Shown here one piece after another: positions 10,333 through 25,416 of a stretch of 64,000 bases of DNA (its first letter is position 1; every line of letters begins with the position of its first letter). The notes under the pieces are model-generated. The model was not told the origin of the DNA. It saw nothing but the letters and a program-made list of their open reading frames with translations, and did not search any database. This DNA comes from Dimorphilus gyrociliatus (Eukaryota; Animalia; Annelida): positions 868,001 through 932,000 of the forward strand of contig CAJFCJ010000008.1 of assembly GCA_904063045.1 (NCBI GenBank), in the 5' to 3' direction. A program made the position numbers and the translations under genes.

Positions 10333-13300
10333 ATGGTAAGTTCATTTTCCAAAAGTTTTAAATGCTAATTTTGCAGTTTTTGTCTATAAAAAGTGAATTC
10401 TTTGAATATTTGAAAAGTAATAAATTCTCTAATCATATTAATTTTTACAGGAGTGTGCACCAGTTTGGTTTATAGTTACTATTTCTATGATATGTGGAGG
10501 TATGTTTTCTTTAATCTACTTGCTTTATTCTTTATTCTTCTAACAAAATATTTTTTCAAAATAGCTTATGGACAGTCTGCAGGAAGGGGTTATGATTTGA
10601 TATATTCGACCTGTTACAAGGATGGTGCTATTTGCTATAGTACACCAGGTAAGATGATCAATACTTTTGCTATTACAAGTTCAACCTCTTTTTAGCGATA
10701 TGAATATTAGGGATTAAATTAGCCAATGTTTATTTGCTATGTAGGTCCACCAGGAAGCCCTCCAGCTGCCGGTCCACCAGGACCTACAGGGTCACTAGGA
10801 GGAAGAGGTCCTCAGGGACCACTCGGGGATACTGGACCAGTTGGTAGGCCTGGAGATCCAGGACCTCAAGGACCTACTGGAGATATTGGAGATAAGGGTC
10901 CTGCGGGATATGCTGGGCCTCAAGGTCAACGAGGTCCTCCAGGACCTAATGGTCCAGAAGGTTCCACAGGCTCCCAAGGACCAAGAGGTATATGTTGTTA
11001 TGTTTTGTAAATTAAAGTTTTAATTTAAAAATATCAATTTTCAGGTTTATCTGGCCCTGATGGACCTGCTGGCCCTCAAGGACCTGCCGGTCAGACTGGT
11101 CCTCCTGGAATTGACGGACCTGATGGTTTACCTGGACCGCCAGGCCAACGTGGCCCTCTTGGTGATCAAGGAGAAAAAGGAGAAAAAGGATTTAGAGGGC
11201 AAATTGGGCCAGATGGAGGAATTGGTCAAAGAGGAGATCAAGGAAATAAAGGTTCTAAGGGTTCTTCTGGTCGACAGGGCCCTCCAGGACGTCAAGGTCC
11301 TGAAGGCTCAAGGGGAGATGCCGGACCAATTGGTGACCAAGGTCCTCCTGGCTCACAAGGACTATCAGGAGATAGAGGAGATACTGGTTTTACAGGTCAA
11401 AAAGGAATTAAGGGTGATGCCGGAATATTAGGTCCCAAGGGAGAAATTGGTAATATTGGCTCAAAAGGAGATGTTGGTGCGAAAGGAAAAATTGGAAATG
11501 AAGGTCCAAAAGGTGAAAAAGGACTTAGAGGAGGAAAGGGAGATGCAGGCCCCAAAGGCGACCAAGGCACACCTGGTCTCCAAGGTAGTCGTGGAAATGC
11601 AGGGCCTCAAGGTCCAATTGGTGATCAGGGAGCGACTGGCCCTGAAGGCCAAGCAGGCCTTGGCGGTTCTCCAGGTTTGGCCGGAGCAAAAGGTATTATT
11701 GGAAACACGGGACCAGGAGGGCCACCAGGAAATGATGGTGCGCAAGGGAGGCCTGGATCTAAAGGAGAGGATGGACCTAAAGGCTTACAAGGAGCTGCTG
11801 GTCTTCAAGGAGAACAGGGAAAGAAAGGAACTCAAGGTGTTCAAGGAGTTAAAGGAGATGCAGGTCCTCCAGGAGCCCAAGGTTCACCTGGTGTTAAAGG
11901 AGAAAAAGGTGATATTGGATCCACTGGTCCTAATGGCCTATCAGGCCCAGGTGGACCACAGGGGCTTTCTGGACAAGTAGGGCCACAAGGAGATAAAGGA
12001 CAACCTGGAGCTCGTGGTTCACCTGGACGAGATGGTCGTTCTGGAAGTGCTGGTGATGTTGGACCAGCTGGACCAAAAGGCAAGCATAATTATATATTTA
12101 TACTCTAACAATACTGACAAACAAAATTCTTCTTAGGTGACAAAGGAGCACCAGGAGATCAGGGAACAAAGGGTGCAGATGGAAATAGAGGCCCACAAGG
12201 AGATAAAGGTGATAATGGTCCCATTGGTGACCAAGGAGATATGGGTGATGTAGGTGCACAAGGCCTCGATGGAGATCAAGGAGCTGCAGGAGGTCAAGGG
12301 GTAAAGGGTGAAAAGGGTGACCTTGGACCTGCAGGTGAAAGAGGAAACACTGGAGGTCCTGGAATTCAAGGATTAGCTGGAGATAAAGGTGTAAAAGGCT
12401 TAGTAGGCAAGCCCGGTCCTCTTGGTCCTCCAGGTCCTCTTGGACCTGTAGGAGACAAAGGACTAGCCGGTGCTAAAGGCGGAATTGGACCTCAGGGTGG
12501 TCGTGGAAACCCTGGAGCTGTCGGTGATCCTGGAGCAGCCGGTGATGCCGGAGATGCTGGTCCTATCGGCGCTCAAGGTACCAATATTTTAAAAATATCG
12601 ATCCCGTAACTTTTACATATAAAATTCATAGGTGTCGCTGGTGACGCTGGCTCTGTTGGAAATAAGGGTTCTAAAGGGGATGCTGGTGCTGTTGGTCCTC
12701 CTGGTTCGCCTGGAGCCCCAGGAGATGCTGGACCTGCAGGAGATAAGGGAACGAAAGGAATAAAGGGATCCCTGGGATCACCAGGTGGTCCTGGACAGGC
12801 TGGAAAACCAGGCCCTAAAGGATTAAAGGGTGACATTGGTCCTCAAGGCCTGCAAGGGGCACAAGGGCCGAAAGGACCTGGTGGCCCAGCAGGTAAAGAA
12901 GGTCTTCCAGGAATTGCTGGTAGTGATGGTCCTCCGGGAGAAAAGGGAAGTAAAGGTTCAATTGGTGCCGCTGGACCCGTTGGTCCTCAGGGTTCAAAAG
13001 GAGATGTCGGTGCAACTGGAAACAAAGGACCTCCGGGAGCTGCAGGAAACGATGGTGCTGCGGGAGCTGATGGAATAAAAGGTATTTATCTGAGGTATGA
13101 TAAGATGACATACTAATAATTTATTCTAGGTTCTAAGGGTAATGCTGGTCCTCCTGGAGTTGCGGGTCCTGAAGGAGAAGCTGGACCTAATGGTCCTCCA
13201 GGAAACCAGGGCGTTGTAGGACCACCTGGTCTTCAAGGACTTTCGGGAAATATTGGACCACCAGGAGGTATTGGTAATCCTGGCGTTCCAGGTTAGTAGT

Positions 13301-16300
13301 TACTGGTTGTTTTTAAGGCAAATGTTAATAGTTTAACATTCCTATATAGGCAGTCCAGGTGCTGTTGGTGCTGCTGGAGTTCAAGGTCCAAGAGGACCAC
13401 AAGGGCCTCCCGGTTCAATTGGGCAACCTGGCGATATTGGACCAGTAGGTCCAAATGGAAATAAAGGCCCAAAAGGTTCTCAGGGCCCTAGAGGAGATAA
13501 TGGGGTACAGGGACCAAATGGAATTAAGGGTATTGCTGGACCAAATGGTGATATAGGAGCACAAGGTGCTAGAGGAGGAATTGGTCCTATTGGCCCATTG
13601 GGAGACAAGGGAGTAGCAGGACCTCCAGGACAAGAAGGACCTAAAGGAGATGTTGGAAATGCTGGTCCAATGGGACCAGATGGACAAGTCGGTCCGAAAG
13701 GTGCCAAAGGTGGTGTTGGAGATCAAGGCCCTAAGGGAAAACAAGGTACTCAAGGCGGTGTTGGTCAACAAGGAAAGAAGGGAGAACTTGGAGCTGCTGG
13801 GCCTTTGGGACCTCAAGGAGACAAGGGGGTCGTTGGAATAAAGGGAATTGTGGGACAGAAAGGTTTAGTTGGTGATCAGGGTATTAGAGGAGTGCCAGGA
13901 GTCCTTGGTCCGAAAGGTTCCAAGGGTGCCAAAGGTGGTCAAGGTGCCCAGGGTCAACCTGGTAATCAAGGTGCTCAAGGAGCTCAAGGTGTTATTGGAA
14001 ACACAGGAGCATCTGGACCAGAAGGGTTAACTGGTTTAGATGGGCCGCCTGGCCCCCCTGGTGCTCAAGGTTTACCAGGACCACAAGGGTCAGTAGGACC
14101 AAGGGGTGATACTGGACCTGATGGTATCATTGGTAGACTTGGCCCACAGGGAAGTATCGGTGCCCCAGGTCTAAAAGGACCTAAAGGTGATCAAGGAAAC
14201 CCCGGACAGGCAGGTGTCCAAGGAGATTCAGGACCACAGGGTCTTAAAGGAGATGTGGGAGATCAAGGAATAGCTGGACCAGCTGGCGAAAAAGGAGCCA
14301 AAGGTTAGTCAGCTTAAATCCTACAAAATCAATAATCTGTTATTTTTTACAAGGCGTCAAGGGTGAAGTTGGAAGTCAAGGTGCTACTGGTATGCAGGGA
14401 CAAATTGGTATAGATGGACAGCAGGGTGCTCAAGGCGCTAAAGGATTAGCTGGAGGCGAGGGTCCCAAAGGTTATGTCGGTAGATCAGGACCAACAGGTC
14501 CTCAAGGAAATAAGGTAACATTGTAGATTCTTAAACAACGAAAAGATTATAATTTTCGGGTTTCAATATATAAATAGCTTCAATTATATAAATAGACTAC
14601 CATAGTATTTATAATTTCAATTTCATGCAGGGTACCAAAGGGCAGCCAGGATCTAATGGTATTTCTGGAGATGTAGGACCTCAGGGTCCACAAGGACCTA
14701 AAGGAGCAAAGGGTGTGGCTGGACCTGCTGGAGCCACTGGAGATCCAGGCTTGCCAGGCAATTCTGGTCCTCAGGGAGGTGTTGGCAACAAAGGTAATAT
14801 TGGAATCAAAGGAATCAAAGGTCAAAGGGGACGAGCAGGAGAGCGCGGTGATTCAGGTAAGTTGCGCTATAGACGATAGACTTTGACTGTAACCGACATC
14901 CCACATCATAGGCGACCAGGGAGCTACAGGTGATCAAGGTTTGTCTGGATTAGCTGGTGCACAAGGTCCAGTTGGACCAGCTGGGCCAGATGGTGATACT
15001 GGAGACGCTGGAGAGATCGGTAACAAAGGTAGCAGAGGATTACCTGGTCCAGAAGGTGTTGTCGGCCCTAAAGGCATTGCAGGTGACAATGGAGGTGCAG
15101 GACCGCAAGGACCACAAGGGGCAAGAGGAGATCCTGGAGAAGCGGGTCCGATTGGATCAACTGGAGCGCCTGGTGAACCAGGCGTACAAGGAAGAATTGG
15201 ACCAGTTGGACTACGGGGTGATTCCGGTAAATCTGGACAACCTGGACCGGCAGGATCTGCTGGTCCCAGAGGTATTATATAAATTTTTACTGAGAAAACA
15301 CTAATTTACACACCGATCATTTATAGGATTACCTGGAGTACAAGGACCTCAAGGAGGAAAAGGAATCAAGGGTATTAGAGGGCCGAAAGGACGCCAAGGA
15401 GAAGAAGGACCACGCGGAAACGATGGTCCGGAAGGTTCACGAGGTGCCCAAGGAGAAAGTGGGCCTCCAGGAGCCCGAGGTGGTCAAGGTCCTAGAGGTG
15501 ATACTGGTGATATTGGTCCTGCAGGAGAAAAAGGTGATGATGGCTTAGTGGGATTGGATGGCCCAATAGGTAGAGTTGGTGATCGTGGTCCTAGAGGTCC
15601 AGATGGACCTAGAGGCCCAGACGGTAGGCCCGGTAGTATCGGCTTACGAGGACAGATTGGAAATCCTGGTAAAAAAGGAGCAAAAGGACCCCAAGGCGAT
15701 CCTGGAGATCCAGGTCAGCCAGGCCCAGATGGACAGCAGGGTGGAACTGGATACACAGGCCGTTCTGGTGTTGGTGGATCTGTTGGTCAACAGGGAGTTA
15801 TTGGTGGAACTGGAAACGAAGGTCCCGTAGGCCCCCGAGGTTTACAGGGAGCTCCAGGACCCCAAGGTCCGCCTGGTGCAACCGGTCCTAGAGGTGATGC
15901 AGGTGTTGCTGGTTTACAAGGTTGGTTGAGAAATTATATCTCTCTGTATTATAAACGAAATTCAAAATTCTAGGTTCTCCTGGAAACCAAGGACCTCCAG
16001 GTCCCACGGGTCCTGTAGGCGAAATTGGAGACTTAGGTCTTCCTGGACCAAAAGGAGCCAGGGGAGATGCAGGTTTTCCAGGTTTACCTGGAGAACAGGG
16101 TCCAGCTGCATCTGGAGCTGGAAGACCAGGTCCCGTCGGCTCTCCTGGTCTACCAGGTCCTCTGGGAGTTGATGAGTGTTTGGTAAACAATGGAGGTTGT
16201 CAACACGTTTGTGTCAATACATATGATGGATACTGCTGTATGTGTAACGAAGGATTCCAACTTGTGCCGGTTGCCCAAGAAGTGACGAACTGTGTTATTC

Positions 16301-17065
16301 AAGATGTTACTTGCAGAGAAACCCAAACGGCAGCGAGACAATGTTTCTGTCAGCTAAGAGACGCAAACGGAAATCCAACGAGACAACTTCCAATTAATGG
16401 AACAACATGCACTGATATTGATGAATGTTCAAATTCAAATGGTCTATGCGAACACAATTGCCAAAATACAAGAGGATCATACCAGTGCACTTGCAATCAA
16501 GGTTTTGCGTTGCATCCAAACAAAAAAGACTGTCAAGGTAAGGAGTGTTTGATAATTAAAATATTTTCTAAATTGACAAACGCGTGTCTTGAAAACTTCA
16601 GATGTTGATGAATGTGCTACGCCAAATATTTGTGGATCAAACAAAGTCTGCTCAAACACATTAGGAGGCTACCTCTGTGGCGATAGCAGTTTGTACCAAA
16701 GTAAATTGAACAACAATTTTTCATGACTATGTTTTTCTTTCTGCACAGATATTCTAATCCGAAGAGTCGCTGCTGCTGCTGCTGCAGCAAGAGAAGATGA
16801 TCAAGAAGATGAAGATGCCAGCTCAACAGTTTCATCTACCTCTTCAACGACAACTGTCCTAGCAGCTGTTCTAAGCGGCTTGTTGGCAGTCATTTTCACT
16901 GTAATAATTGTCATAGCCTATGGAACTTGGAAGAAACGTAAGAGCCGTGGCACAGGTGATGTAGAGACTTCATCCAGTCATAGTGCTAAAACGCTCGCTT
17001 CGAGTCGCCTAAATCTGGGAATATTCGGAGGTGATTCAACCGAACGACCTGCTCATTTCGTATAA
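10333..17065 (+). CDS. Collagen A: type I transmembrane EGF-collagen, about 1913 aa
   Basis: ATG at 10333 followed directly by an intron; signal peptide [21 protein letters not shown]; CYKDGAIC cap; Gly-X-Y exons 10745-16164; EGF units 16165-16700; [25 protein letters not shown] then KKRK; stop 17065. All introns frame-consistent. Confidence 0.9.
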
Positions 17066-17762
17066 TAATAAATAGATGAAAAGAAATCAGAGGAAAAAGA
17101 AACAACCTTTTTTTCCTCCTTTATAAAGCAAGAATATCAATAAATCTACATTTTATCTAGAGGAAAAAAGCCTTTTCGGTTTTTTTTTAACTTCCGGATT
17201 TTAGGTTCCTTTTTATGTGCAATCGAACTTAGTTAATTAAAAAAAATGAAGCCTAAGAATTTGTGTTGCTTTCATGTTTTTTTTCCAGCCTGAAGAATGT
17301 GCTTATTTTTTTCTTTGAATGAAAGAGTTTCGTAATAAAATGTAAACAATAGTGTGTAAAACTACCTTGTTTATGTCTGGCGTTTATGTATAAGTGTATT
17401 AGCATAAATGATATACAACGTTTACTTAGTTGGAAAAATAAAATAGAACAAAAGTAATAAAAATTTTGATGATTCCATTTAAAAGAGAATTTATTACTTT
17501 TAATATAAACTGAATAATCTTATCTTTTCTTTATGTATATGAAAAAAAACATTAATTACCAGTTAATTAGCTAAAGTCGGGAAAGAGATATTTTGTCTAA
17601 GTTCCACTCAAATATGATAAAAAAGATGGAGGAGGATAAGATAAACGAAAAAAACATTGCACATTCTTTCTTTTTTAAAAACAAAAATGTCTCTTTATTT
17701 AAATGTTTATGTATGCGAATTAACCCGTCTTCTCGGGTTTTCCAACCTCCTAAGCTTTATTT

Positions 17763-20700
17763 CTATGTAAAAGTTGGCGGCCGTACTGTCGTATGACGTT
17801 TTGAGAAAGTTCCATCAGAACCCACTGATGAGATAACAGATTCTGCATCGCTTGATTCTGTTGAAGTTTTCTGCCATCTCTTTCGGACAAGAACCACAGC
17901 TAAAGTTAAAAGGGCACAGCCAGCAGCTGAGAGCAATGAAGCTAAGATAACTGTATTGGTAGACGACGATGATGAGGCAATTACTTGACCAGGATTACCT
18001 CCCTGTGCAGCAGCCCTTGCCTGATTAGATGATCTAAACTCAAGGTCACCTAAAAAATTAAATTTTATTAGTAAAAGTTAGTTTGAGTAGATAAGACATA
18101 CCTTCGCTATGACAGAAATATGCTCCATATGTATTGACACAAGTTGAGAATCCTTGTCTCAGACATATTTGAGTGTCTTCGCATTCATTCACATCCACAC
18201 AAGATCTACCATTCGCGCTCAATCTAAATCCTCTTCTAGTATCACAAGAGCACGTGAAACTACCAACAGTGTTGGTGCATTGGTCCTCACAAGGTTTTCC
18301 TTCATCGCATTCATTTATATCTAAAAATAAATAGTTATTCTATAAGAATAAGTCTTTTTGGAAACAATTTGAATTGATTACCTTCGCATTTATATCCAGT
18401 TACTTGGAGAATATTTGAGGTTCCTTCTTGAGTACATTGACAAGATCTTTGATTATTAATATAACTGCATCGAACTGTTCCAGCTTTACAAGAGGCAGCG
18501 CCTTGAGGAGTGGGGATAAGGCGATAACCAGGTCTACAAAGACAGCAGTATCCGTCGTAAGTATCATAACAGATATGTTCACATCCATGATTGTCGTTCA
18601 AGCATTCGTTAACTCCTGTTAATTTTAAATGTTCTATACATGAACCTATTATTGAGAAATATATAATTACCGAAGTATCCAGGTGATCCTCTTGGTCCCA
18701 TTGGACCTGGTGGTCCAATTTCTGAGCCTGGCGGACCTCGGGGGCCCTGTTGACCATTTGGCCCTCTTCTTCCTTTGTTCCCAGCCGGACCTTGAGGGCC
18801 TTGTGGGCCTTTTTGTCCAGGATCTCCTGGTGGACCTGGAGGTCCATCTATGCCTTTCTCGCCATTAAGTCCAGCTGGACCTGAGGGGCCAACTGGACCA
18901 GCATCTCCGGCTTCTCCTGGTGGACCGTCTGGTCCATCTTCTCCTCTTGATCCTGCTTGTCCTGTATAACCTTGCATTCCTGTAGCTCCTTGTTGTCCAA
19001 CGAGACCGCCAGTACCGTCTTGACCCTGAGAACCTCGTGGTCCAGTTGCTCCTTGCATGCCAAATGGCCCATTTGGACCTTTGTCTCCGACACCCCCAGA
19101 CAAACCATCAGGACCTGGAGCACCTTTACTTCCTTGTTGTCCTATATCTCCAGCCTGCCCAATCCTTCCAGGTAAGCCTTGTGAACCCATGGGACCAGTG
19201 GAACCTTGAGGACCTTGTAATCCCGTTCGGCCGCGGCGACCTTGTGGTCCTTTAGGACCTTGTAGGCCAGTTGCACCCTTGGCTCCCTTTGAACCAACTG
19301 GACCGGGTGATCCAGCAGGACCTGTCGCACCCGGAGAACCAGCTCCTCCTGGTAAGCCGTCAGGTCCAGCATCTCCAGGATCACCAAGTTCTCCTTGATC
19401 ACCTGCAATTCCTTGAGGTCCTTGTAAACCAACAGGACCTTGTGGTCCTCTGACACCTTGTGGCCCTTCATCACCCTGAGGTCCTGGGGGACCATCGGGT
19501 CCTTCTGCTCCTTTTTCGCCCACTGGACCAGTTGGTCCTATAAGAACATTTTTTGATATTTTATTGCTTGAGAAAACTAAAACTACAAGTGACTTTACCT
19601 TGCAGACCAGGCAATCCCTTGTCACCATCTAAACCAGGTAAACCTGTCGCTCCCTGTTCACCTTGAGGTCCTTGAGGACCAGGATTACCAGCTTGTCCAA
19701 CCAAACCTTTAGCGCCTTGAATACCAGTGGCACCTTGTGACCCTCTAGAACCAGTATTACCAGGGGGTCCTTTCATTCCCGGATAACCTTTCGGGCCTTT
19801 ATCTCCAACGGCCCCGATTGGCCCAACAACTCCGGGCTGACCAACAGAACCATCTGGTCCCTTTTCTCCAACGACTCCTTTTGCGCCCTTTATTCCCCTA
19901 GCACCATCTTGGCCTCTTGCTCCTTGAGCTCCTTGTGGGCCTTGAGCTCCTATTTGTCCTTCACCACCGAGAGGCCCTTTGTCACCAGCAGGGCCCTTAA
20001 GACCGGGATCTCCTTGAGGACCATCTTGTCCGACTTGACCTTCTGGTCCAGCCGTTCCGATCGGACCTGGAATAACGTAAAAATAAAGTAAGTTTATATG
20101 TTCAGAAACAACGCTTTTTAGTTTACCTTTCGGTCCGGTTGCTCCAAGTAAACCTGTTTGGCCAGCAGGACCAGGATCACCGATTGGCCCAATACCACCT
20201 ACAGCACCACGATTACCAACAGGTCCGGTTATACCAGTGTCACCAACAGGTCCCAAAACTCCTTGTTCACCAGTGTTACCTACGGGTCCTGGATCTCCAG
20301 TTGCTCCAATACCTCCTTGTATTCCTATATTTTCAATGTTCCATATAAATTTCTTAGTATCTTAATAAGACAAAACTCACCAATGTCGCCTGTATCTCCA
20401 GGTAAACCTACAGCTCCCTGGACTCCTTTAACTCCAGGTTGTCCTGCATCACCGATTGGGCCTTTAGGACCTCTCGGCCCATCTACTCCTTTCTGTCCTT
20501 TATCTCCCTGAGGTCCAGCATCTCCTGTATTTCCTTCTAATCCTGGAGGTCCTCTCTGGCCAACTTGGCCAGGAGCACCTTTTCCGCCAGTTGTACCAAC
20601 AGCTCCCACAGGTCCATCACCGCCAGCAACACCTGGTGCTCCTTTTGATCCTCTAGGACCAGGTGCTCCTTCTGCTCCATCTAAACCAGTCGATCCAGTC

Positions 20701-23700
20701 GCACCAGGATCACCAATTGCTCCGGCTGGACCTTTTTCTCCTTGTATTCCAACTTGACCAGGTTGTCCTCTTGGTCCAGTTGCTCCTTGTCCTCCTTGAT
20801 CGCCTTGGGGCCCCTAAAAAACTTAAATATGAAAGTGATGCTTTATGAATCAGATATCTTAAATACCTGATTTCCTGGTTCTCCTTGAGGACCTTGATCG
20901 CCAGTGTTACCTTGAGGTCCCTTCGGTCCCGTTCCACCCTGAAGTCCTGCCTGACCTTGCGGACCATCGGGTCCTTGAGCTCCAACAACTCCGTCGTCTC
21001 CTACAGCACCTGCTGGACCTTGGGCACCTTGAGGGCCTTGACTACCGGTATTACCAGCCGGTCCAGGAGGACCATCAGGGCCTTTATCTCCTGCATCTCC
21101 AATGGGTCCTTCAGATCCTTGTTGACCTTGTGGACCTTTAGAACCCGGTGGTCCCTGATCGCCTGGAGTACCTGGATCGCCTATTGCGCCTTTTGGTCCA
21201 GTAGCTCCCTGGAGTCCTTGTGCACCGGGATCACCTGTTATAGAGTTTAACACATGGAATCAGCTTCTAGAATTTATTCTGACATATAATTAATTTTATA
21301 TTTTCCTTAAACGATCTATATTAAATTCAAACTCATTTGTTAAATACTCCTAAGTATGTAAATTACAATAATTATAACAATAAAAAACTTTACCAATAGG
21401 TCCTTGAGCTCCAGGGTTACCAGGTATGCCAATATCTCCCTGTGGGCCAGCGCCACCTTGCTGCCCTTTCTGACCAGCTGGTCCAGAGTTTCCAGGAGGT
21501 CCAACGTCTCCAGGTATTCCTGGTGGTCCTGGATTTCCATTGCTGCCAGCCTCTCCCGGATTACCTAATACAAATAATTAAAATAATTTTCTCTATTCTT
21601 ATTATTACTTTACCTTTTGGTCCTGCTTGTCCTATGTTACCCTGTGGGCCTCTTGGCCCTGTTGCACCTTGTACTCCATCTGGTCCTTTAGGTCCAGGAT
21701 CGCCAGTTGCTCCTTGAGCTCCTGGAGGCCCAGCCGCTCCAGCTGGACCTTGACTTCCCTGTGAACCCTGATTTCCAACCGCTCCGTCGTTACCAGGCGA
21801 GCCTATTTTGTAGGTTAGAATAGAAATTTTATAATTTTTGAAGAATAACGTTGTTCACTTTCAAATCTTACCAGCTGGTCCTATATTTCCTGTTGCACCA
21901 GGATTACCAGCATCTCCAACTGGCCCTATGGGTCCAGGAGGACCTTGACTTCCTGGGGAACCTTTGTTGCCTGCAGGGCCTACAGGACCTTGATCGCCGA
22001 TGGCTCCATCTTGACCGGCTGCTCCTACGTCGCCTGGAGGTCCTACTGGTCCTTGAGGACCTGGTAAACCCTGAGGTCCTTTCACACCATCAGGTCCTGT
22101 AAAACCTGTTGCGCCTATTTTTCCAGATACTCCTGGCTGACCTTGAGGACCATCTTGTCCATTGGCTCCCTTTGCACCAGCCTCGCCTATTTGATAAAAT
22201 AACGATAATTTAAAGTAAAATTTTATTTTGTTAGGCAACCTTTTGCCCCATCTGGTCCAGCAGGTCCCAAGTCTCCCTGAGGTCCTTTGGGTCCAGCATT
22301 TCCTTGAGGTCCAACAGGTCCTTTGTCTCCTGGATCACCTACTTTTCCAGGTGGCCCTTTCGGTCCTTTCGGTCCTGCTGCGCCTTTATCACCATCAGGT
22401 CCAGCATCTCCAACTGGTCCTGGTCCTCCGGGCGGTCCCACAGGGCCAGGTTGACCTTTTGGTCCTGCATCTCCATCAGGTCCGTTTGCTCCAATAGCGC
22501 CTCTGGCACCCTGTGCCCCTTGAGGGCCTTTTTGACCCTGAGGACCAACACCTCCAGTATTTCCAATAGGGCCGACTGATCCAGGATTGCCTTTTAAGCC
22601 TTGATCTCCATTGGGCCCTACAGCCCCTGGAGGACCTTTGTCTCCTTGTGGGCCAACAACTCCCTTTTGTCCTTTGGCACCTTTGTCTCCATTAGCACCT
22701 TTATTACCCTTGTCTCCATCAGGTCCTTGGTCTCCCTGCAGTCCATCAGGACCCTTTCCTCCAACATCGCCTAAGTTAACATTTTTAACTTATAGCTTAA
22801 AATAGAGTTATAAGTATTTATCATACCTTGTGCTCCAGGTACTCCAGTTGCTCCTTTGGCTCCATCATTTCCATCAGGACCCTGTTTTCCTGGTTGACCG
22901 ACTTTGCCTTGAGGGCCTTTATCACCTGTATCGCCTTGTGGTCCGACCGGACCTACGGGTCCTGGAATACCTGGCTTACCAGCTGGTCCTTGGGGTCCTT
23001 TATTTCCGGCATCCCCTTGACTTCCAGCAGGTCCTTGAGAGCCAGGATCTCCAGTTGCACCAGTAGCACCAATTTCTCCATCAGATCCTGTACTTCCAAC
23101 GTCACCATTTGGTCCAGGGTTTCCTTGAGGTCCAGTGTTTCCTTGCGGACCTATAGCTCCAGGGTCCCCTGCAGGTCCTTGCAGTCCAGCGCTACCATCA
23201 TTTCCTTGGTTTCCAATTGGACCTGAAGCACCAGTATCTCCAGGTGGTCCTTGAGGACCTTGACTGCCACCATTTCCTTCAGGGCCTTTATCTCCAGGAT
23301 TACCATCCGGACCAGTTGCACCTCGGGGACCTTGAGGTCCTTGTAGCCCTTTTAAAGGTAGACTAAACTGGTTTTTAATGCGAATATAGTAATTTTAATT
23401 ACATTACCCTTTGGTCCAGCAACGCCTTTATCGCCAGGAGAACCTTGATCTCCCTGGAGACCGTTGTCACCTTGCACACCATCATTTCCAGGCATTCCCT
23501 TTTCACCAACAATTCCTTTTTCTCCTTTTACACCTTGATCACCAGGCTCACCTCCTAAGCCTTGCGGACCTTGAGCACCTATGTTGCCTTTTGTTCCTTT
23601 ATTACCTTGAAGGCCTATATTTCCTCGGGCCCCCTGTGGACCGGGCGGACCCTTATCTCCTTGAGGGCCAGGCGGTCCAGCATCTCCAGGATTACCTGGG

Positions 23701-24754
23701 GCACCAGGGGGTCCGTCTTGGCCTTTTCCACCTAATAATTTGAGCATAGTCAAAAACCTATCTTATAATGAAAAAATTTCGCATTTACCAGGTGGGCCAT
23801 CTGCTCCCGCATTGCCACTTAATCCTGGTCTTCCTCTGTTTCCTTGGCGACCAGGTGGACCTGCTTGACCGTCTGGACCTTTGGCACCTTGTTCCCCTGC
23901 TGGTCCTTGTTGACCAGGTGCTCCAGGTTGGCCTATTATGCGTATAATAATTCGATTATCATTGAAGGATAAAAATAATAGACTTAATTTCTACCTGGGT
24001 TACCAAGAGGTCCTTCATTTCCCGCTATTCCTTGAGGGCCTCTATCTCCAGGAGGCCCGTTTAATCCTTTAGGACCTACAGGACCTTCAGGTCCTGATGT
24101 GCCTATCGGTCCGTCTCTACCTCTAGGACCGCCTGGTCCCTTAGGGCCTTTTGCTCCATTAGGTCCTGGGTCTCCAACTGGCCCCCTTCCTCCAGGTGGA
24201 CCCTGGATTCCAGGAGGCCCATCAGGTCCCCCTGTTCCTGGTGGACCAGGAGGTCCAGGGGGTCCTGGACGAGTATTTACTCCTATGAAAAGAAATTTGC
24301 GTAAGATAAAATAGTTTTAGGAAAAACGAAAGTTACCAGATCCTTCAAAGCAAACACCTCCTTCGTTATTACATCTGACATTAACGCCATTAGATTCTTG
24401 TCCGCTTCCTATAATTCAAATGAATTAATGTAATCAAAAAGTGTTTGTAAAATTAGCATATTCATAAAGGAAAACTAGCAAACCTGTTTGTAAAATATAT
24501 ATCACAACTATCCAGGACGCTGCGACTCTACCAAAACGGCGCGCCTAAAAAAGGAATAACAAAGGTTTATTTAATAAAAAGTTCGATGTAGTTAAGCCAG
24601 ACATATTATATATCTATTGCTATGTTTAACTACAAATACCAGGCATTAACCTTTGAATTAATCAAATATCATTGGTTTAAATAAACAAATTAATTGAACA
24701 ATTTGTTTTTGTCATATAACATTAACTATACAAGATAATAGCACTTACCATCAT
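17763..24754 (-). CDS. Collagen B: type I transmembrane EGF-collagen
   Basis: ATGATG at 24754-24749 then intron; signal peptide [26 protein letters not shown]; CNNEGGVC cap; Gly-X-Y 24282-18672; EGF units; [24 protein letters not shown] then RKR; ends PPTFT* at 17763. Confidence 0.9.
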
Positions 24755-25416
24755 TATTATGACGCCGAAATTTGGAGCTTGCAGGAACTGGCTCACGCAG
24801 ACTAGAAGTTGTGGGGCTAATGTTATGTTAGGGTGGATCAAGGCCCACCTTGTAATGATCGCAACCGGTTTTACGAATTGGGCAACTCCTAATATCAAAA
24901 ATTAACTATCGGTCGGGATATGATCCCTACTCCCTGCAACACTTTCGCGGCCGCGTTCAACTCGCCCCTCGTTATAGAAAATAAGGCCTAAAAACGATAG
25001 GGTGGGTGTAAGAAGGGTAAAAAGAAGAAGTAAGATTTAATGTAAACGATACGCCCGAATTGATTTATTGAGTTTAGCCAGCCTATTATGAACTTTTATA
25101 ATATTTCAACTTTGCTAATATAGAACTTGAATACATAGTAATATGTTATTAATTCTGAACTGAATTATTATTAGAAAACGCAAACATTAACGAGACGATT
25201 AAATATTTCGTCGTACTCGTAAAATTCTGATTATTGTATTAAAATTCTAAAACCAAACATCATAGGCCTACGTTTCCAGATGAGCATAAACTCAGGTGTA
25301 TACATTTTACATGTATATATATTATATATAAATGTATATAGTTTTACACCGAAAAAAAGCGTCCATTATTGCACCAAAAAAAAAAATTATATGGAAAAAA
25401 TATGGTATTCTTATAT

